From: Armatimonadota bacterium
GTDB lineage: Bacteria; Armatimonadota; SYMT01
Direction of reading: 5' to 3'
Assembly: GCA_041690135.1 (NCBI GenBank)
Contig: JAWLHY010000001.1
Coordinates: forward strand, 576,001-640,000
DNA: 64,000 bases
Shown here: positions 58,412-64,000 of the stretch, piece by piece
Numbering within the stretch: position 1 is the stretch's first letter
Layout: each line of letters opens with the position of its first letter
Notes under the pieces: model-generated
Seen by the model: the letters and a program-made list of their open reading frames with translations, nothing else
Database searches by the model: none
Told to the model about the DNA's origin: nothing
Translations under genes and position numbers: made by a program

Positions 58412-59320
58412 ATGAGTTCCACGCGTACCCAGTCCCGGGCTTCGGATTACCTGTCGCTGGTCAATCCGCCGCTGGCGCTTTCTGCCGCAGCGGAGGCGCT
58501 GGCGGGGGCGTTCATCAGTGGCGCCTCGCCCTCGCGGCCGGAGGCATACCTGCTGGCCGTGGCGGCGGCCCTCCTGTTCGGCGCCGGGGCGGTTTTCGGG
58601 CACTACTTCGACCGGGATCTGGACCTGCAGCGAGATACGACCCGCCCTCTGCCGGGCGAGCGCATTCCGCCGGGTACGGCCTGGGGACTCGGATGGATGC
58701 TGCTGGTGCCGGGAGTTCTCCTCCCGTGGCTTACCGGCCGCGATGGACTGCTGGCGGCGATCGGCGTGGCCATGCTCGTGGTGGTCCACGCGGCGGTTAC
58801 GAAAAGCGTGTGGGGCGTCGGGTTCCTGACGATCGGGGCGGCCCGCGCGCTGAACCTGGTGTTAGGATTGACCGCGGGGGAGATCGGCGTGATCGGGTTC
58901 TGGACCGCCACGCTGCCGGTGGTCCTCTATACGGTCGGATGGGCTATCATGCGGGCGGCGCGACAACCGGGCGCGCCGCCGGCCACCGCCTTCATCGGCC
59001 TGCTGCACCTGACGGCCGGGGCCTCGATGCTCTTCTACCTCACGGTTTCGTGGGTCTCCTACCGCGTCGATTCGCTGCCGTTCCTGCTGGGCTTTCTCGC
59101 GCTCACGTTCCCGCGCTTCGTGGGTGCACTCGTGGAGCCGGGCCGCCCGCCGGTGATGCAGGCCGTGCAGTACGGTTTCCTAGGGCTGACGCTGTTGGAA
59201 GCCTCGCTGGCGGCCGGATACCGGGGGTTCTTCCTGGGGCTGATCGTAGCCCTCTTCTGCCTGCCGCTCTATGCGGCGCTGCGGCGATGGCCGGTCAGCC
59301 TGATGCTGGAAGCGCGTTGA
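58412..59320 (+). CDS. UbiA family prenyltransferase-like membrane protein
   Basis: YFDRDLD...RPLPGERI, RALNLVLG, multiple TM helices. Confidence 0.75.
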   Translation: MSSTRTQSRASDYLSLVNPPLALSAAAEALAGAFISGASPSRPEAYLLAVAAALLFGAGAVFGHYFDRDLDLQRDTTRPLPGERIPPGTAWGLGWMLLVPGVLLPWLTGRDGLLAAIGVAMLVVVHAAVTKSVWGVGFLTIGAARALNLVLGLTAGEIGVIGFWTATLPVVLYTVGWAIMRAARQPGAPPATAFIGLLHLTAGASMLFYLTVSWVSYRVDSLPFLLGFLALTFPRFVGALVEPGRPPVMQAVQYGFLGLTLLEASLAAGYRGFFLGLIVALFCLPLYAALRRWPVSLMLEAR

Positions 59321-59379
59321 AGGTTGAAGGTTGAAGGGACTCCCCGACTGGGCGCGTTTCGGACGGCGTGTAGGTCGGG

Positions 59380-60696
59380 TCACTTCAGGAACGATTTCAG
59401 GACGCCGTAGGCACCGAGGATCGCGAGGGTGGTGAAGAGGGCCATTGCCAGGTTTTCGGCCGGGGAGTTGCGGTGCTTGGGGCCGATGTAGCGCGGGTTG
59501 GCGGTGAGTAGCCACATGGAGATCGCGAGCACGGGGAGTATCAGGACCTGGATGGCGTTGACGGCCACCGTCAGCGGGACGAAGTTACCCTGGCCGGTCC
59601 CCAACCAGACCAGCGGAGAGAACAGGCACCAGAGGACCATCGCCCGGAAGCCGGGGTGGGTGCGATAGCCGCTGTCGGAGGTCCCACGCAGCTTACGGCT
59701 CCACACGAGGAACGCATCCGTCGCGATGGAACTGTAGCCCAGCGCATTCCCGACGATGCTGCTCGCCACCGCCGAGAAGACCCCCAGGTAGAAGAGGTGC
59801 GCCCCCAGCGGTCCCAGCGTCCGCGCCAGCACTTCCGCCAGGTCGGCAAGGTTCTCCACCTGGAGCCCGCGAGAGTGAAGTACCTCGGCGCCCAGCACCC
59901 AGACCGAGAGATCGAGAATGATCAGCACGACGATCCCCAGGGCCAGGTCGTAGCGCTGGACGGTGCGGTGCGCGGGTGAGGTCCAGCCCTTCTCGCGGAT
60001 GAAGTAGGGATACATCAGGTTCGCCAGCGACCCGGCGACCGCGCCCATCAGGGAAACGGCCACGAGCATCGGGTCGAAGCTGCCCCGCGTTTCCGGCAGG
60101 CGGAAGCCCACGGTGCCTGAGACAATTGCTCCCAGGTCCGGGCCGGACCAGAGGGAGGCGCCGAGCAGCGAAGCGGAGAGGAGGCCGAGGAAGATCAGGA
60201 AGGCGATCTCTACCCGGCGATACTCCCCGCGATGCAGCAGAAGATGGAAGGCGACGGCCCAGAGGAGTCCCCAGAACAGGTCGTGGCCGCCGCCGGTCAG
60301 CGCGCGCAGCGACTCGCCCAGCCCCTTGTACATGTAGACGCCGATGACATGGCTGAGCAGGAGCGTGGCCACGGCGATGCCGAGGGGGAGAAGTGGGTGG
60401 AGGCGGTGGAAGCCCTGCATCACGCTCTCGCCGTGCGGGTTACAGAGCTGGTACCGGGCGATGGCGGAGACGAACAGCCAGCGGATAACGAGGGCCAGCG
60501 CCAGCACCCACATCAGCGCATAGCCGTACGCCCCACCGGCCACGGAGGCGTCCACCAGGTCGCCGGCCCCCAACCAGGTGAGCACCACGACGATACCGGG
60601 CCCCATGGCGCGGAGGTAGGCCGCGAAGCTGTTGGGTGGAGCCGCCTTCGCCGGGGCGGTTCCGTCCGGGGAGACTGGCGGAGGCGATTCGAGCAT
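59380..60696 (-). CDS. NRAMP family divalent metal transporter
   Basis: MGPGIVV..WLGAGDL...GAYGYALMW; many TM helices. Confidence 0.85.
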   Translation of the reverse strand: MLESPPPVSPDGTAPAKAAPPNSFAAYLRAMGPGIVVVLTWLGAGDLVDASVAGGAYGYALMWVLALALVIRWLFVSAIARYQLCNPHGESVMQGFHRLHPLLPLGIAVATLLLSHVIGVYMYKGLGESLRALTGGGHDLFWGLLWAVAFHLLLHRGEYRRVEIAFLIFLGLLSASLLGASLWSGPDLGAIVSGTVGFRLPETRGSFDPMLVAVSLMGAVAGSLANLMYPYFIREKGWTSPAHRTVQRYDLALGIVVLIILDLSVWVLGAEVLHSRGLQVENLADLAEVLARTLGPLGAHLFYLGVFSAVASSIVGNALGYSSIATDAFLVWSRKLRGTSDSGYRTHPGFRAMVLWCLFSPLVWLGTGQGNFVPLTVAVNAIQVLILPVLAISMWLLTANPRYIGPKHRNSPAENLAMALFTTLAILGAYGVLKSFLK

Positions 60697-60825
60697 CGTC
60701 GCGAACGCTCCTGCGAGGGGCCGGAACGTCGCCCCATTGCGGCGTTCTTACCTCACGCGTTCTGCGTCGCGGCGGTACTTCCTGCCTTATTCCACAAGGC
60801 ATACGGGTGCGAGACCGCAGCCAGG

Positions 60826-60890
60826 TGGGGACGGAGCCTCACACGGCACGACGGGCGGAAGCCCACAGCCAGGCAGGGACGGAGCCTCCG
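60826..60890. repeat. Short repeat element (GGGACGGAGCCTC x2, CACACGGC.AGACGGG-like core)
   Basis: Core resembles 46016 and 61935. Confidence 0.5.
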
Positions 60891-61076
60891 CCACCCCCTC
60901 GGGGCGTAAACCTACATCTGCGGGTTCAAGGACGTGGCCCATGTCGTTCAACACGTGCCAGTCCTGCCGCGGCACAGGTGGCAACCGATCCGCCAGCGAG
61001 GGCTGCCGGCGCTGCGCCGGCAGTCAGGCGACCGCAGGTGAAGAATGGTATTTGCTCCGAGAGTTCTATGTTCAGG

Positions 61077-61694
61077 TCAGGCAGCGGGAGTGATGCTGGC
61101 GGCGAGAACCACGGCTTCCGCGATGTTGCGAAGCGGGCGGCCGGATAGCTCCGCCTGGCGCCGGAGGCGGTCGTAGGCCTCGCTTTCCGTGATGCGGTCG
61201 CGCCGCATCAACTGCTCCTTCGCCTTCTGGATCAGGTGCGCGGTTTCGAGTCGCTCGCGAAGCGCGGTGATCTCGCGCTGGAGTTCGACAGCTTCCTGCT
61301 TGCGGGCGATGGCCATCTCCACCGCCGCGACCAGGTCGGCCTCACGAGGCGGACGCCCGAGGAGTAGATCGACACCCGACGATCGGACCGCCCGGATCCA
61401 CTCCAGGTTCGGGATCGGTGAGAGCAGGAGCAGAGGCGAGAGCGTTCCGGCACGCAGTGCGCGGACCCGGTCCAGCAGGTCGCTTTCGACTTTGGGTTGC
61501 CCCAGGATGATAAGTCCCGGCTGAAGCTTCCGGAGGAGGCGGCGTGTATCGTCCAGGGACTCTGCCTGCGCCAGGATTTTGTATCCGGCGCGTCCCATCA
61601 CGGTACAGATCGATTCGCGGAGTACGGGATCGGGATCCGCTACCAGCAGGGTACCGGCGGCGGATCGCGGTTGGAAATCAATGCGATCAGACAT
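61077..61694 (-). CDS. ANTAR domain response regulator
   Basis: Receiver fold, then RLETAHLIQKAK..LM....TESEAYDRLRR..IAEAVV. Confidence 0.85.
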   Translation of the reverse strand: MSDRIDFQPRSAAGTLLVADPDPVLRESICTVMGRAGYKILAQAESLDDTRRLLRKLQPGLIILGQPKVESDLLDRVRALRAGTLSPLLLLSPIPNLEWIRAVRSSGVDLLLGRPPREADLVAAVEMAIARKQEAVELQREITALRERLETAHLIQKAKEQLMRRDRITESEAYDRLRRQAELSGRPLRNIAEAVVLAASITPAA

Positions 61695-61934
61695 AAGAGC
61701 TGTGGATGGGAGGACCCGCACGGCTTCCCCGCGGTGCGGTATGGAGACAGTAGTGTCAGCATGAGATTAACCGGCTTGTGTTACGCCTGTGTAACACGGT
61801 TGTGAAAAGTGAGTTAAGGTCGATCTCACACTAAGCAGGACGCTCTTGTGCTTCACCAGGGTTGCGGCCGTGCCCCCCGACCCATCGTGGGGGCACTTGT
61901 TCCGCTGGTTGGCACGAGCCTTCGCGAGCGGAAC

Positions 61935-61995
61935 CCCACACGGCGAGACGGGAGCGTCACCAGGACGGGGCAGGCATCGGAGAGCCTGCCCTACA
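61935..61995. repeat. GTAG-type REP-like element
   Basis: Second copy of the 46016-46076 element. Confidence 0.8.
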
Positions 61996-62158
61996 CCGGT
62001 GCGTGCACAGTGGGAGTCCCGCTCGCCACGAGGCGTGCCCAACGAGAGTTCTTACGCAGGCCGGCGATTGGCAATCGTGGGTTGTGTGCGGTGGGCGTCT
62101 CCTTCGATCTTTGGCCGAGCACCACTGAGAGCGGGTATGCTGGATCAGGAGGCGCGCG

Positions 62159-62980
62159 ATGCGGATCGTATTTGCGACGGATGGATCTACCGGAGCCCTG
62201 GGGGCGGCCGGGTTCTTATCGCAGCTGGCGTTGACGGCGGACGATGAACTCCACGTGCTTTCGGTGGACCCGCTGGCACGTGGGAAGCAAGAAGAGATCT
62301 TTGCCGAGACCCGAGAGGCGCTCGGCGACACCTCCGTAGAGGTGCGGGAGGTGGTCCGAGCCGGAGCACCCGCACAACAGATCGTCGAGTACGCGCGCGA
62401 GTGCGAGGCGGATCTGATCGCGTTGGGGGCGATGGGGGAGACCGGGCTGGCGCGCTTCTTCATCGGCAGCGTGGCGGAGCGGGTGCTGCGGCACGCCCAC
62501 ACGCACGTGCTCGTCGCCCGGCCCGTTCGCTTCGGCCTCCAGCGGGCCATGGTGGCCGTGGACCTGTCCCCCTTTGCCGAGCGGGTGGTGGAAATGGCCG
62601 CGGCGCTGCCGCTACCGGCGACCACCGAAGAGCGGCTGGTGACGGTGATGCCCGCCACCGAAACGCTGGTGGGCATCGCTCCCATGGTTTGGGCGTCGCT
62701 CTCCGGGGACCTCGAGGGGATGATGGACGCGGAGCAGGAGGAACGCGAGCAGCGGCTCAAGGCCCTGGCCGGGATCGTGAAGAGCCGGCAGCGCCGGGTG
62801 AGCGCGGAGATCCAGCGCGGTGACCCGGCCACCGAACTCCTGCACGCGGTGGACAAGGAGCAGATCGACCTCCTCATTCTGGGCTCGCGCGGCGAAGGAG
62901 GGGTCGATCGCTACTTGCTTGGGAGCGTGTCGGAGCGGGCGGCCCGACACGCCCATTGTTCTGTGTTGGTGGTCCGTTAG
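62159..62980 (+). CDS. Universal stress protein (tandem USP domains)
   Basis: IVFATDGS, ADLIALG..G..G...FIGSVAERV, GSVSERAARHAHCSVLVV. Confidence 0.92.
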   Translation: MRIVFATDGSTGALGAAGFLSQLALTADDELHVLSVDPLARGKQEEIFAETREALGDTSVEVREVVRAGAPAQQIVEYARECEADLIALGAMGETGLARFFIGSVAERVLRHAHTHVLVARPVRFGLQRAMVAVDLSPFAERVVEMAAALPLPATTEERLVTVMPATETLVGIAPMVWASLSGDLEGMMDAEQEEREQRLKALAGIVKSRQRRVSAEIQRGDPATELLHAVDKEQIDLLILGSRGEGGVDRYLLGSVSERAARHAHCSVLVVR

Positions 62981-62981
62981 C

Positions 62982-64000
62982 CTAATTGAGGAAGATGAAC
63001 TCTTTCACGTTCATCAGTACGTGGGCGAGGTCGCTCCAGGCGCGGGAGGTGTCGTTCCCTTCGTATTTAGCGGCCTGTTCGGCGATGAACTTGAGGGCGC
63101 CGGTGGCTTCCGCCTCGCTGGGAGGGCGGGCGAAAGCGCGGACGTACATCCGCTGTACTCGCTCCCGGTCGGAGCCTCCTTCGGCCAGCTCCCGCCTGGC
63201 CCACACCCCGGCCTGCTCCACCACGAACGGATTGTTCATCAGGGTGAGGGCCTGCGCCGGCACCGTGGAGACACTGCGTCGCCCGATGGTGGTGAACGGG
63301 ATCGGGTAGTCGAACGCCAGGAACATCGGCACCAGGAAGTTACGCCGGACGTTGATGTAGATGCTGCGGCGCCCCTCGCTATCGAGCGGCCCGGAAGTCC
63401 GGGGACGGCCGCGACCTTCCATGAACGGCGTCAGGTAGGGCAGCACGCCGGGTCCGTACATCTTCCGATCGAGACGACCGGAGATGGCGAGCATTGCATC
63501 CCGTACGGCCTCGGCCTCGAGCCGGCGCACCGAGCGGCGGTGGAGCAGCTTGTTCTGCGGGTCGATCTGGGAGCCTTTCGGGTCGGGCCGGCTGGACATC
63601 CGGTAAGTGCTGGAGAGCAGCATCAGCCGGTGCATCTGCTTGAGCGACCAACCCTGGCGGACGAACTCGGAGGCCAGGTAGTCGAGTAGTTCCGGGTTCG
63701 TCGGCTTCTGGCCCATGAACCCGAAGTCGTCGGGCGTCGGCACGATGCCCTCACCGAAGTGGTGGTGCCACAGGCGATTGACCATGACCCGCGGCGTGAG
63801 CGGGTTCCTCGGGTCCGTCATCCGCCGCGCCAGCTCCAGGCGTCCGCTGCCGTCGGCGGGCGGCGTTTCCCGGTCTCCCCCGAACGCTTCCAGGTAGCGC
63901 CGGGGCACCACGTCTCCCAGCGTCTTGTGGCTGCCGCGCAGGTGGACCGGCTCGTTCTCCGGCGTGCCGTCGGCAATCGCCATCACGCGACGCGGCGCCG
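62982..64000 (-). CDS. DUF1553 (PSD1) domain protein, 5' part outside window
   Basis: GRLELA, NPLTPRVMVNRLWHHHFG.G, PELLDYLA, RRLEAEAVRD, QALTLMN. Confidence 0.92.
   Translation of the reverse strand, partial: APRRVMAIADGTPENEPVHLRGSHKTLGDVVPRRYLEAFGGDRETPPADGSGRLELARRMTDPRNPLTPRVMVNRLWHHHFGEGIVPTPDDFGFMGQKPTNPELLDYLASEFVRQGWSLKQMHRLMLLSSTYRMSSRPDPKGSQIDPQNKLLHRRSVRRLEAEAVRDAMLAISGRLDRKMYGPGVLPYLTPFMEGRGRPRTSGPLDSEGRRSIYINVRRNFLVPMFLAFDYPIPFTTIGRRSVSTVPAQALTLMNNPFVVEQAGVWARRELAEGGSDRERVQRMYVRAFARPPSEAEATGALKFIAEQAAKYEGNDTSRAWSDLAHVLMNVKEFIFLN

Overview
The window has two parts. Positions 1 to about 33,985 are an accessory island, open at the left edge and ending at a minus-strand tRNA-Ser(CGA) gene whose 3' half looks non-native. 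The island is packed with predicted anti-phage genes: a coiled-coil McrB/McrC (CoCoNuT-like) pair, a type III Res remnant, a MADS mad6-7-8 / DndFGH-like trio with no methylase in view, an HNH-Shedu fusion, an HNH-TPR-PIN protein, several orphan HNH or PD-(D/E)XK nucleases and a Swt1-type HEPN. Between these cargo genes lie decayed phage/satellite-like backbone genes (RHH, SWIM, gp32-like SSB, M41-like peptidase) and three recurring non-coding motifs. The main motif is a same-orientation element ending in GATGGG(A/T)CCC, present four times at cargo boundaries, which suggests stacked related elements with a defence-cargo hotspot. Positions about 34,100-64,000 are GC-rich core chromosome with Planctomycetota/Armatimonadota-like content (sulfatase, Gfo/Idh/MocA, S9 peptidase, argS, DUF4058, DUF1501, mobA, M16 pair, NRAMP, ANTAR, USP, DUF1553). 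This part carries REP-like palindromes, some inserted in frame into proteins, heptamer repeats and a solo IS200/IS605 TnpA. All family calls come from motif recognition by eye; no searches were run.
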